Shown here one piece after another: positions 1 through 11,764 of a stretch of DNA of 64,000 bases. Source of the DNA: Tubiluchus corallicola (lineage: Eukaryota; Animalia; Priapulida); contig JAQGDQ010000673.1 of the NCBI GenBank assembly GCA_030141605.1, positions 50,832-114,831 of the forward strand. The letters are read 5' to 3'. The position numbers were made by a program, and so were the translations under genes. Numbering within the stretch: the first letter of the stretch is position 1; the number at the start of each line of letters is the position of its first letter. Under the pieces are notes generated by a model. The model worked only from the letters and a program-made list of their open reading frames with translations. It was not told the origin of the DNA and did no database searches.

Positions 1-340
1 CGTAGAGAACGTTTTTGTACTGGAGCACAAAGTAACAGTTTTTTGTCTTTTTTTCCAGTTTGCAGTGCCAGTTTAAGAGCCTCATGATCATGATCATGAA
101 CTGCAGTGTTAGTTTCTGACGTCATATGACGTAGAGAACGTTTTTGTACTGGAGCACAAAGTAACAGTTTTTTGTCTTTTTTTCCAGTTTGCAGTGCCAG
201 TTTAAGAGCCTCATGATCATGATCATGAACTGCAGTGTTAGTTTCTGACGTCATATGACGTAGAGAACGTTTTTGTACTGGAGCACAAAGTAACAGTTTT
301 TTGTCTTTTTTTCCAGTTTGCAGTGCCAGTTTAAGAGCCT
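1..340. repeat. 129-bp tandem repeat (at least 2.6 copies, runs off window start); each unit has a transposon-derived core plus a splice acceptor
   Basis: CGTAGAGAACGTTTTTG recurs at 1, 130 and 259; part of the unit matches the dispersed TTAA-element core (e.g. 31641-31683). Confidence 0.95.
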
Positions 341-621
341 CAATCAAAAACGGAGATGATCATTCGCTAGTTGACGACGTGCTTTTTGACGACGGTGGCG
401 ACATCTACAATGCGGATAGCTTCGACGTCGAGGGATACAACGGCGGCGACAGCGACGACGCATTTTTCGACATCATCAACACCAGAGAGCGACGAAGCGG
501 GTGGAGTGACAGAAATAATAGAATTTCTACAATGCTCATGGTACCAGATCGACCACGTTGCTATCACTACTGCCGACCATGCGCGGGCTGCAGGATGCAG
601 TGCTGCGCCTGGCGGCGTTAA
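317..621 (+). CDS. Putative terminal exon of a secreted Cys-rich peptide precursor (AMP/toxin/neuropeptide-like)
   Basis: Acceptor TTTTGTCTTTTTTTCCAG ends at 316 (phase 1); GC-rich coding-like sequence; (V)CSA signal-cleavage-like site, acidic pro-region, RERR, then a 41-aa Arg-rich peptide with C-x3-C-x2-C-x2-C-x3-CC; TAA at 619-621. Confidence 0.6.
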
Positions 622-1804
622 TTTGAACTACGTCTTTCTACGACGCTCATTGTACAGGTGGCGGGGAAATGCAGAATACAAAAAAGTCGTGAAAAAATAA
701 TTTCAGAAAAAAACGAAAGCAAAATAGTGGAAGGAAGAAAGCGTGTCAAGAGATGCACTGCGCATGCGTTATTTCATGAAAGCTACTTTAGTTTGACGCT
801 AACCGTGTTTCAGTAAATATTTTTATAGTTTGAACTCAGGTCTAGATTATTTTTATTAATTAATTTTCCATTGTTTTAATTAACACGTAGGAATGCTCGC
901 TAATTACACGATACTTCTCAGCAGGCAAATTATTATTAACACATGATCAACTTTGGTAATTCAACTATGTTGATAAGCCTGAAGTCACGCGTGTGTCACA
1001 GCTAATTGTCCACAATTCAGTTCGTTTCTCAAGCAGTTTTACAAAGACAAACTTTGTGAAACCTGGAAGCTTTTGGAAGACATTCAACTTTGCTTTTAAA
1101 AAGTATGTAATTGTCTTAATTAATTAAAAAAATAAATTCATTGTTAATTAATTTATGGTAATAAAGAAAGCAGGTTTTAGTATTGTCTTTACGCAATTTC
1201 TATATTGAAAATATTTTGAGTGTTATTATTTGGCTTGAAATAATTACGTTAATTTATTGTCATTATAATTATTGGTCGATAATTGAAAATCAGCACATCA
1301 CAATTTCAGTTACAAACAGTCGTTCATAACAACTGCATCGAGTACTGTACATAACTGTTGCACAGTTGTGATTCTCGTCTTGCGGTCCGTTCATTTCTTG
1401 TTTGCTAGTTTGCTATTTATGTAAATTGTGTTTCCTGCAAATATGTCGTGGAATAAACACATTAACATCAATTTGTACACGCTTTTAAGTGACGTTCTGT
1501 ATATTTTTGTCTGTTTGTTACAAATTCTGAACGTTCATATCTAGATATTAAAGGAACACCGTACAAATGTTTAGACTCGATCTCATTTTAATTTACTGTC
1601 CAAAATATACATTATCTTGCCTTTAAAAGTTACCAATTGTTCCTTATATTTGAGTAATTAGCTTAGAAAGTTAATTGACGGCAAATGAACACAGCTATTG
1701 CTTATATATTGCACAATAATAATCAACTATATGAACAGCTAAATTAGTTAATCAATTGTTAATCAGTTAATCAGATTTGCATACACGCGCACTGAAAAAA
1801 AAGA

Positions 1805-2251
1805 TCATTTTTTCTCAGATTGCCAAATGCATTCTTTATTCTGTTTCCATTCTCCTTCTCCTTCGTCGTAACTTTCTTTCTTCCATATTGGTACAGAAGC
1901 TTTTAGGGAATTGATGGCAAATGCCACGGCATCCAGGGAAACCACTCGATGTTCCGACGACACGGCGATGACGACACTTGCCTCTCCCACGGGCACTTGA
2001 CTCATTCGATGATGCATAACAATGTGCTTCACCGGCCACTTTTCCCGAATGTTCCTGCAAATTTTTCGCATTTCCGCTTCCGCCATTGGCGTGTAGGCTT
2101 CGTATTCTAAATGCTTGACGATCTTGTCATCTGCAAATTCCCGCGTGGAGCCGATGAACACGGATGTGGCGCCACAGTCCGGCGAAGAAGCCAACGAAAC
2201 GACTTCTTCCACGTTCAGTTTTTCGGCAGTCAAAAATACGTGATCAGACAT
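1805..2251 (-). CDS. MOCS2: Molybdopterin synthase catalytic (large) subunit, MOCS2B/MoaE, intronless CDS, 148 aa
   Basis: MoaE motifs GATSVFIGSTR, LEYEAYTPMA, HHR..VPVGEASVVIAVSSEHR, LKASVPIWKKE.Y; first ATG (aaaacATG) at 2251, whereas the track start at 2266 is TTG. Confidence 0.95.
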   Translation of the reverse strand: MSDHVFLTAEKLNVEEVVSLASSPDCGATSVFIGSTREFADDKIVKHLEYEAYTPMAEAEMRKICRNIREKWPVKHIVMHHRMSQVPVGEASVVIAVSSEHRVVSLDAVAFAINSLKASVPIWKKESYDEGEGEWKQNKECIWQSEKK

Positions 2252-2331
2252 GTTTTTATAAGTCAAAAAATAATAATTCTAAGCAATGGGAATACAACGC
2301 GAAAAATATATGCACTAAAAGCTGTAAAAGG

Positions 2332-3306
2332 CTCTAGAAGAATTATTCATTTATCAAAACCGTTTGCACAATTCAAGCACATAGAACTGGAACCAGGTAC
2401 AAGACTGCATAGTTCTGAAGAATAAGCAACATTGTAAATGGAGCGTAGTTTCATATTATGGTGTTCTCTTGGAACCTGAAATGCAAAGAAACGTTTAGAT
2501 CTAGAAGAATTATTCATGTATGAAACCCATTTGCACAATTCAAGCACATAGAACCAGGTACAAGACTGCATAGTTCTGAAGATTAAGCAACATTGTAAAT
2601 GGAGCGTAGTTTCATATTATGGCGTTCTCTTGGAACCTGAAATGCAAAGAAACGTTTAGATCTAGAAGAATTATTCATTTATCAAAACACATTGCACAAT
2701 TCAAGCACATAGAACCAGGTACAAGACTGCATAGTTCTGAAGATTAAGCAACATTGTAAACGGAGCGTAGTTTCATATTATGGTGTTCTCTTGGAACCTG
2801 AAATGCAAAGAAACGTTTAGATCTAGAAGAATTATTCATGTATGAAACCCATTTGCACAATTCAAGCACATAGAACCAGGTACAAGACTGCATAGTTCTG
2901 AAGATCAAGCAACATTGTAAACGGAGCGTAGTTTCATATTATGGTGTTCTCTTGGAACCTGAAATGCAAAGAAACGTTTAGATCTAGAAGAATTATTCAT
3001 TTATCAAAACCCATTGCACAATTCAAGCACATAGAACCAGGTACAAGACAGCATAGTTCTGTAGATTAAGCAACATTGTAAACGGAGCGTAGTTTCATAT
3101 TATGGTGTTCTCTTGGAACCTGAAATGCAAAGAAACGTTTAGATCTAGAAGAATTATTCATTTATCAAAATCATTTGCACAATTCAAGCGCATAGAACCA
3201 GGTACAAGATTGCATAGTTCTGAAGAATAAGCAACATTGTAAACGGAGCGTAGTTTCATATCATGGTGTTCTCTTGGAACCTGGAATGCAAAGAAACGTT
3301 TAGATC
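2332..3306. repeat. 161-bp tandem repeat, about 6 copies, directly upstream of the MOCS2B CDS
   Basis: TCTAGAAGAATTATTCAT recurs at about 2333, 2500, 2661, 2822, 2983, 3144. Confidence 0.95.
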
Positions 3307-3318
3307 ACAATTATGTAA

Positions 3319-3740
3319 TTGTTAATTTGCCATAATGTAGGCATAGCAACAACGTCCATATGTGGGCAATCAAGAACAATGTTTAAAATCCCAATTTTAC
3401 AAGCACGTAAAGACTTCTACACAATCCTGTTTTTGTATAAATGCATCAACAATATTAACACGCCCTTCATCAAAAATAAGCTTCCACTCCTCTTGGAGCC
3501 AACATTAAATCCAAGAACACACAATATTAAACAAATACGCACTAATAACAAATACGGCAACAATTCTAACACTAAACAAGGAATTCAACTTTGGAATACC
3601 CTGCCATCAAATTTAAAACAAACCAAATCTTTCGACGAATTCAAATCAAAATTAAAATACATAGTTCACGAGCGTAAATTTTTTTTAATATTGTTTATGT
3701 ATTTGGAAATGAACCCACGTTTAAAATTTGTTATGGTGTA
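3319..3740 (+). mobile_element. Non-LTR retrotransposon (CR1/L2-like) RT C-terminal fragment
   Basis: Translation FLYKCINN...YG..S....GIQLWNTLPSNLK...SFDEFKSKLK is typical of the CR1/L2 ORF2 end. Confidence 0.7.
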
Positions 3741-4167
3741 TTAAAGTTGTTTACAGATTGAGTAACGTTACTTAGAGTCTAGGCCACTGTCTTTTGTCAA
3801 GCTGAAATTAAGTTTCATAAAGTTTCTATCAGTAACATGATTAGAGTTTATTCACTCTGACCTGTTATCTATAGTATTGTATTTCTTAAGACAGTAATAT
3901 GTAGGTATAGAATTGGTGTACTTAGCTATACAGCAAATTGCATTTATTTTATCTTTGTTGTTCTCGGCGTGCCATTTTGGTAAAGTCTTTTTGGACTACA
4001 GTTTTTCTCAGGTTACCCATTGTTACAGTCTATTTGTCTTGAATTATGTAGAATTATAGTGAATAAGCTAACTAACTGACTGACTGACTAACTAAGGTTG
4101 ATAACTGAAAACTGACAACCCATCAATAATATATCATAGTAACATACATTTTACATACATATAATAC

Positions 4168-4590
4168 GTATCTCGACACTAGGCGGAGGAGCTGCACAAG
4201 CAGCCAACGGCTAGAGGGCAGAGGAGGTCAAGTGACCCAACGGCCATGTGGAGAGGAGTAAACCTTCCAAATCAGGAGTGGAGCCCCGAAGGCGGACCAG
4301 TGCAGCATGCTCGCTGACTCCGGCAGCTCCTGCAGTCAACCTGGTGCCAAACGTATCTCACCACTTTCCTTTGGACTACACTAGGGAGGAAGAGGGGGGT
4401 TCCTGTTGTCTGGGCAACTCAGGATCTCTATACACCTTGCCCATGCGTACGCCCTGGAGAGGCCACTCCAGTGGTTCAAGGATCGGACTGCTCAGCCACA
4501 GTTGACGCTGCAGCTCCATCAGTGTGATCAATAACTGACTTTCTTGGCGCACACTCCATTGTCTTCCAAGACAGAAGGATGTCAACAATA
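4168..4590 (+). mobile_element. Headless copy of the 5S-derived SINE
   Basis: Closely matches the reverse complement of about 41797-42216 but lacks the 5S head. Confidence 0.8.
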
Positions 4591-5074
4591 ATATGTTCAT
4601 CATGATACAATTTTAGTTAAAGTCAACAGGTATAATGATAAAAGTTAGTATCTATTGATGATGCTACTGCAGCAATTCTCAAGAAGCTGATACTGTTTCG
4701 AACACTATTATACAGCAACCAGAAAAAAATGTTTTTCCTGAAATGCCAAGCGGATTATTTAGCTTACAAAATTCAGTCTTATCTTATTAATATATATATG
4801 TTTGTCGGGGTTAACTCAGGGTTCTTGTACTGCCACCAGTAACTGCTTTTGATGAAATAGTGCCGAACGAGATTTAAAAAAGCAAAAAATAGTACTAATA
4901 ATCTCTAGTTTACAGTTTTGGATTTTTTATAGTCGATAACTGTAACTGCACCAGTTAAAATGACAGCTCAATTACCAGGCAGGACATGTGTTTATATTAC
5001 ACGATAACTTACTAACGACACCATTTTTTGTACAAAATGAGCGCACCCAAGATCGAAGTAAATCGTAACTTTAA

Positions 5075-5330
5075 ATTGATTTTACTAATAATAAACAATG
5101 TCATTGATTTTACTAATAATTAACAATGTTATTGATTTTACTAATAATTAACAATGTCATTGATTTTACTAATAATTAACAATGTCATTGATTTTACTAA
5201 TAATTAACGATGTCATTGAATTTACTAATAATTTAAAATGTCATTGATTTTACTAATAATTAACAATGTCATTGATTTTACTAATAATTAACAATGTCAT
5301 TGATTTTACTAATAATTAACAATGTCATTG
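5075..5330. repeat. 28-bp AT-rich minisatellite, about 9 copies, inside a dispersed element
   Basis: TCATTGATTTTACTAATAATTAACAATG units; flanks resemble 26073-26210. Confidence 0.9.
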
Positions 5331-6254
5331 GTGAAACTTTCTAAGATTGTTTTTCAAATATTAAAATGAAAAGCTCAGCTTACTAAAAGACTTGGCTTGT
5401 CCTTTCATTGACTTTTGGAGATTTGCAGCAGGACCCCCGGGGCTGATTGTCTGCAGCCGTATTACGCACAACTAAAATAAGGGTACTAGATTAAGCATGA
5501 AATCCAATGGACCAATGGAGCCTTATTAGTAGCATTGTGACGTATTTTTAATTTTGTCGATTGAGTAATAATTCATTAACGAATGTAAGTAAGTTGATCA
5601 TTTATGATCATTTTCGTAACTGTTAATGTCTGAAAACTGCCAATTCATTTTCATCACCATTTTTGCAGATAAATTAGTGAATCAGTTCCGTTGGCGTCCC
5701 ACTGATGGCGCCACGTGCTAATGCTGAAAGTTTTGCTAGCTCGTCGACTCACTTGCCGTACTGTAGGCTTAGTGTAAAGCTGTAGTGCCTTGTTGGATCA
5801 TTGATATATGTGCATTTTTGCACGTACATTCAGAAAATAAAACAAGTATAGCAAACATTGCTCCACGCGACCCGGCAGTAGCAGGTAGTTGTACAAAAAC
5901 ATCAAGGCCCTGGCCTTGAAATTTCGAAGCTTGCCAAATCTAAATCAATACACGTGAAGCATCAACGAGCCCTGTTGTTGTTTTCTGCCGCAGCGTGGCT
6001 CTAGTCTAGCAGCAGCAGCTGCTGCCATGTACCGTGTGTTCGACTAATACGAGGTTAAATGGGGCTTTCGTTCTGAATTCGTAGATGCAACTATCCCATG
6101 TTTATGCAGTGGTAGCAGGCAGCACGTAGCAGTGCGCTTTTAGCTATCTTGGTGTGACTACGTGTGAGGTACAGTCTTACCGAACTGAACGTTTGGTGTG
6201 ACAATTAGCCAATATTCGGTGACAAGCATCCAGTGTTATAATAGATTATCTTTC

Positions 6255-6288
6255 AGTACTGTCATCTAGTGCTACTGTCCTTACCAAA
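6255..6288 (+). other. Candidate non-coding first exon of uricase
   Basis: TCAGT initiator-like motif at about 6253, donor AAA|GTGAGT at 6289; the uricase ATG lies 1 nt after an acceptor, so an upstream exon is implied. Confidence 0.3.
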
Positions 6289-7694
6289 GTGAGTAAAATA
6301 TGATACATTTAAAATTTTTCGCTATTGTTTGTCGGTAGGCTTAAACAAATTAGGCCTAGAACGTGTCATGAAGGCTTACATTTTTAGTGAAGTTCTAATT
6401 ATTTTGCCCCTACTTATTATTGACAAGACTTAGTTTTTTTCGAATAGTACGTCACATGAATTCATTACTACTCCAAAGCAAAAATAAAAAAAAACGAATT
6501 AATAACTGTAGACCAACAACCTGATTTATCAACTAACGTTTATTTTGCATTTTACCAGTAATATTGTTGCAGGGTACGGCAAGCGAATTCCTGACTAGGG
6601 CAAACTCTGACCACAATCATGTCAAACGTTATTCTCGTCACAGTCTTTCGATATTAGCATTTAAGAAATGAAACAAGAATCACTCACCTCGTACAATGTA
6701 CCTGATGCTACTGGGATAGTCAAAAAATACTATAGTAATAAAATAATTCGTTAAAAGTGCACAGTAAAGTTAACCATAAATCATGCCTCTTGCATTACTG
6801 TAGGCGAGCATCGTCACGGTCTATAGAGCATTATTTATTTCTTCCAACTTCCAACAGATGGCGCGGCGTAATTCAGCTTAAAATTGCAGACGACTTCGGT
6901 GAAACTGTTACTGAATGCATGGAATACATTAAAATTTTTGACACTATAACCAAATCAGGGAGTTACGAAGTTAGTAAAACTTTTCATTTGATATATGCAA
7001 CCGTGTTTTAAAAATTCTGGATTTTACTTTGAAGTTTAATTTTTTTATAGCTAAGGTTCTATTACTGCAAAATTTGATTATTTTTACAGCTCATTTTTTG
7101 GATTAACTTTCATCTTTCCTTTTGCTTTGGTTACCTAGTAAGATACTGTTTGTTATAAAAGTTTAATTTCTTCACACATCCTTATGTAAGTCTTCATTTT
7201 GTATCAACATTCAGTTGTAGTTTTTTGTCTCAGTTGCTATCTATTGAATTTACTACTGTATTGTACTATAGATGAATACAATATTACTTAGAATTGAATT
7301 GAACTGTTCTTCTGCCTAGTTTTGCCACCACTTCTGAGTTGGCCCGCAATCTGCTGAAATTCAGCCACACATCCGTACATTGGTCGGAATTCCGAAAAAT
7401 TCTGAATTTCGACCATTACATTGAAATTTAAGAGGAAAAAATGGAAATACATCTTGCATGAATTGAAGGTTATACTACAGACTACGGTTTCAAATTAGTT
7501 AAAACTAAATACATTAAATCACTAGGATTAGTGATGTTCAATGACCAACCACTATTGGTTAAATTTTCTTGATTTTTGTTTCTGAAAAAGACCCCATGGC
7601 CCCGACACTAGGTGCCTCTTAACTACTGATTTCGGTTCGTGATGGTAACCCTATTTGTGCCTAATGTTGATGTAGTTCATTAATTTTGTACAGG

Positions 7695-7793
7695 ATGGCC
7701 GAAGTTAATACTAGATTTGTGAACACAGAGTATGGAAAAAACTATGTGCGCCTCCTGCATGTTAGGCGCGAAGGAAGAACCCATCACGTTCGA
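7695..7793 (+). CDS. uox: Uricase (urate oxidase) coding exon 1 of 7; spliced CDS 903 nt, 300 aa
   Basis: MAEVNTRFVNTEYGKNYVRLLHVRREGRTHHVR with the YGK motif; acceptor at 7693, donor GTAAGT at 7794. Confidence 0.93.
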
Positions 7794-7954
7794 GTAAGTT
7801 GTCTTTTATTACCTTCCTAATGACTGAACCTGCTAAATTTCACTTCTATTTGTAATAAATTAACGGGTTGAATTTAACCCATTATTTGATGGTGGTAATA
7901 ATACAATTAATGATTACAATCATTCTGCCTAATTAAGTACTTGATTTAGTACAT

Positions 7955-8430
7955 GAATTCCTATCGTCTTTCGCCCGTATATAAACAGTCTGTTGGTGAT
8001 GAAATTTTACAATGTCTGATGAAATTTTACAACTCTCGTCGTGTTTTCTATATGCTGTTTTGTTATTATTTATGATTATGTGAATTTACATTAGAATTGG
8101 TAATTATTTTTTGTATAATTGTACTCACTGTTTTTCATTGTGTATAAGGTGTGTAAATTTTTGTTACTAAGTATCAAAATATGTTCGTTATCTTTTATTG
8201 TGTATGTATGTAGTGTTGGATTATAATTTGTAGCTATGTCTATTGTATATGATCGTTGGCGTTCAATGTGTCTCATGCGCTGGATTCTAAATTATATATA
8301 TATATATATATATGTGAATAGGTTTAATACGTTGTAAATACTTTTAGAAATTTTAAACGTATCCCTACAAATAGAGGGAATGTATTCTGTACAAAGTTTT
8401 AAAAATAAATAATAATAATAATAATAATAA
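7955..8430 (+). mobile_element. Dispersed retroposon-like repeat with (TAA)n tail; second copy at 59155-60135
   Basis: Highly similar sequence at both sites, both ending in (AAT)n. Confidence 0.65.
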
Positions 8431-8465
8431 TACTTGATTTTGCTGATACATTGATTTGCAAACAG

Positions 8466-8591
8466 GAAATTGAAGTTAACACAAAATTGACTCTAGACAG
8501 CGAGAAGGACTTTACGAATGCTGATAACAGTGATATTGTAGCCACTGATTCACAGAAAAACACGGTGTACGTTCTAGCCAAACAGATCGGG
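8466..8591 (+). CDS. uox: Uricase coding exon 2
   Basis: EIEVNTKLTL...ADNSDIVATDSQKNTVYVLAKQIG (catalytic TDSQKN motif); AG/GT bounded, phase 0/0. Confidence 0.95.
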
Positions 8592-9266
8592 GTGAGTAGT
8601 ACATAACTTGTAACACTAATAAGCAAGCTAGCAAGTTTTTTTTTCTTTTCTTTTTTCCTCCTCATCTCCTAAGTAATTGTTGCTCTTTCTCATACTTACT
8701 TTTTCTCATAATTTTTTCTATATTACACTTTTTGATGCTTATTTTTTTCTTTCCATACTCTCAGTTTTTAACTTTACTCACTAACCTTGGTCAAATTCCC
8801 CTGTTAATTAGATCCCATATAATAATCCTAATTACTAAATAATTGTATTGTTTTGTTTAGATTTAGGTATCTAACTTTATTATTTTTTGTTTTCAGTTCT
8901 TTTTGGATAATTTGCATCATTTATACTGTTTTTATTATTATTTTTTTCTTATTTGTTTTTGTTTTTGTTATCTGCAGTATCACCGTTAATTTTTAATATA
9001 CTAATTTATTTATAAGAAAGGGCAGGAGACTAGACGACCCTATGGTTCTTCCCTGCCCTGTTCCATGATTATAATTACTTAATTTTTAATTTCAGTGTAG
9101 ATTGGAGGAAAATTTTCACAGACTTACTGACTTGCTGATTTACTTCACTTAGCCTTACTCAGTACTAAATTAGTTTGAGTTCATAAAACAGAAATTGTGA
9201 AATTAAGTTTGTAAAATAATATTATAAAAATGTATGAATGATTACAACTTGACAATGTGTAAACAG

Positions 9267-9462
9267 GTTAAGAACATTGAATCATTTGCGCTGGAACTCA
9301 GCAAGCACTTTCTAAGACAGTACAGCCACGTGAATAGGGCACAAGTACGGATCGAGCAAGCTCCATGGAAACGGGTAAACATTGACGGGAGGCAACACAA
9401 TCATGCGTTTGTCAACACCCATGATGGAACTCGATATTGTAGTGTGGATCACAGACGACACG
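9267..9462 (+). CDS. uox: Uricase coding exon 3
   Basis: VKNIESFALELSKHFL...PWKRV..DGRQHNHAF; AG/GT bounded, phase 0/1. Confidence 0.95.
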
Positions 9463-9565
9463 GTAAGTGCCTGAAATTATTGCGGAATGTTCCGCCTCAG
9501 TTAGGTGCTTCCCTTGCCTGGATCTGTCCACCTTAGTGTGTTCGTTAGCCTTGTGTACCTGGACC

Positions 9566-9991
9566 CAGGGATGGGAATTTTCCCCGGATACCCGGAATTC
9601 CGAGTTTTTGGAAGACCAGTAGTGCCATTTTTGTAAATCGCGTAAATTCGTTGAGAAATTTTTTACGGACCCAGTACATTATTTCACAAGCTGACCGCTA
9701 GTTGGCAGGCCGTCACTTTGTTTACATCACGTACATCAGTGTAACCACGTGTACATCTCTATGTATAAAAATATAGAATCAATTGTGCAGAGTTATTTGA
9801 GTCAATTGCAGACAGTTTTTACATACTTTTGCATAGGAGCGGCCACTACTTAAGCATTTTTCAGACAATTAGGTATCATTGTATCCTTGATAGTTGGCTA
9901 TTTTAAATTATGCATGAAACAAGGTAATTGATATTTTAGCTCCACTTAGAAGCTATGGTTACAAAATTGCAATTTCTCATTCTCATCCGTG
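9566..9991. mobile_element. hAT-type MITE (CAGGGATG family)
   Basis: Imperfect TIRs and 8-bp TSD CCTGGACC; other copies at 26216-26710, 35997-36498, 38423-38915. Confidence 0.85.
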
Positions 9992-10786
9992 CCTGGACCA
10001 TACAGATGTATGAAAAACAAATGGCACAAGGCTAATTGAATTTGGCGAAGCATTATTTTGGATATTGCAACTGTTGTGTTTTTAAGTTAAAAGGTTAGAG
10101 GTCAATATCACAGGAGATCTGATATCGGTGTCACAAAGTAAATGAGTATGGTTGGCTCGTTCTGGACTGCATCACTCAAAATAGGTCTTCAAGACCTACA
10201 ACTTTTCTGCTGCTGTATGAGCAATTGAGCACAGACATAATTAAGTGATCATTCAATCAATCAATTTTTTTCACTCCAGCAATACATATACAATACATCA
10301 ACATACAATATTATTGAAAACTAACATAACACGTATTGCATTACATAATTTTTTTAAAATTTTACATTCTTAATCGTTTTATGGAGTCAGTGGCGAGGGT
10401 AGATGAAAGTTGAGTCTGTGTAATTAGTATCAGATTCATAATCTGGAAGTTGAAACCTGTTATATTGATATTCCTTTAATTTCTTTTGAAACTGGTGCAG
10501 AGATTCTATTTTTTTTAAGTTGTAAGTTTATAAGTTTATTTATTTCCACTCTGCATCTAACAGTTATAATAAAAATACAGATAATTTTCCACTGAAGTAA
10601 ATATAAATATAAATGCAATATTATCCAGAAATTACAAAACAGATTCTTATGCAGCATATACATGTGCAAATTACCTTATAGAATAATTTTGATGCATACA
10701 GTTTGAGCCTAAAAGCATTGCTTTTGTTGTTTTATTTCACTGTTAGAGTTATTTCATAGAGTTATTTCAAAACCTATGTCAAACTA

Positions 10787-11210
10787 CCTTATTTTCCCAT
10801 GTATAAGAGACCCTTTTTTGCTCAGAATTTTCACTTTAAAAATAGGGGGTCTCTTATACATGGGAGTAAGCCAACCCTTGGAGAAGTCTGCAGCTGGGTC
10901 CTCAAGGCGTGGAATGGTGTAAAGCCAGAGGTCATTATTAAATCTTTCAAGAAGTGTGGCATCTCCAATGCCATGGACGGCACAGAGGACAATGCCATTT
11001 TTGAGCAGAGTGACTCCTCTGATGATGAACTGGCTGGAATTGCTGAAGGTCTGACTCCAGTTGATATTTTTGATGAGAGTGATGAGGAATTTAATGATTT
11101 CTATGATGAATAAAGTTATTCATTACCAAAAAACTTTTTTCCAGAATTTTTGCCTAAAAATTGAAGGGGTCTCTTATACACAAGGGTCTCTTATACATGG
11201 GAAAATACGC
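10787..11210 (+). mobile_element. Internally deleted pogo-family DNA transposon retaining the transposase C-terminus
   Basis: TIRs TATTTTCCCATGTATAAGAGACCC / GGGTCTCTTATACATGGGAAAATA, TA flanks, peptide WVLKAW...IIKSFKKCGISNAMDGTED plus acidic tail. Confidence 0.85.
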
Positions 11211-11393
11211 TATTTGAAACTATGTCAAAACCTTCCCAAAATTCCACTAGTGAGTAGGAATTTTCCGTACATCCGGAATCGTAAACATACCTGCATGAAA
11301 TGGATGAGATAATAGAATAATAATGGTTGATTACACCTTCTAAATATGGCTTCCTTTCTTCTTCTTTTTTCATCGCGTTTGCGTTTCTTCCAG

Positions 11394-11580
11394 AGGACCC
11401 GGTCGTGTGTGCGGGCATCAAGGACCTGAAGGTTCTGAAAACCACCCAATCGGCCTTCACGAACTTTGTTCAAGACGATTACCGGACACTTCCGGATGCG
11501 GACGATCGCATCTTCTGTACCATCATACGTGCCGATTGGAAGTACGACCGGTGGTCAGGATTTGATTTTGATAGAGCGTG
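11394..11580 (+). CDS. uox: Uricase coding exon 4
   Basis: Uricase signature LKVLKTTQSAFTNFVQDDYRTLPDADDRIF; phase 1/2. Confidence 0.96.
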
Positions 11581-11764
11581 GTATGTTATTCTCTCAATTC
11601 AGTCTCAATTAATTTATTTAACTCCAGCAATACATATACAATACATCAACATACAATATTATTGGAAAAAAAGAAACAGTATAGGTAAAAAAACGTTGAT
11701 GAAGTCAAATTAACCAAATAAAAGAGTTGCTGTTTGACACCTTGAAAGCTTGGCTTGTTAGGGT

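Noticed and set aside
367-700. Alternative frames 371-700 (+) and 367-567 (-)
   Set aside because: Shadows of the 301-621 frame; they lack the coherent precursor architecture
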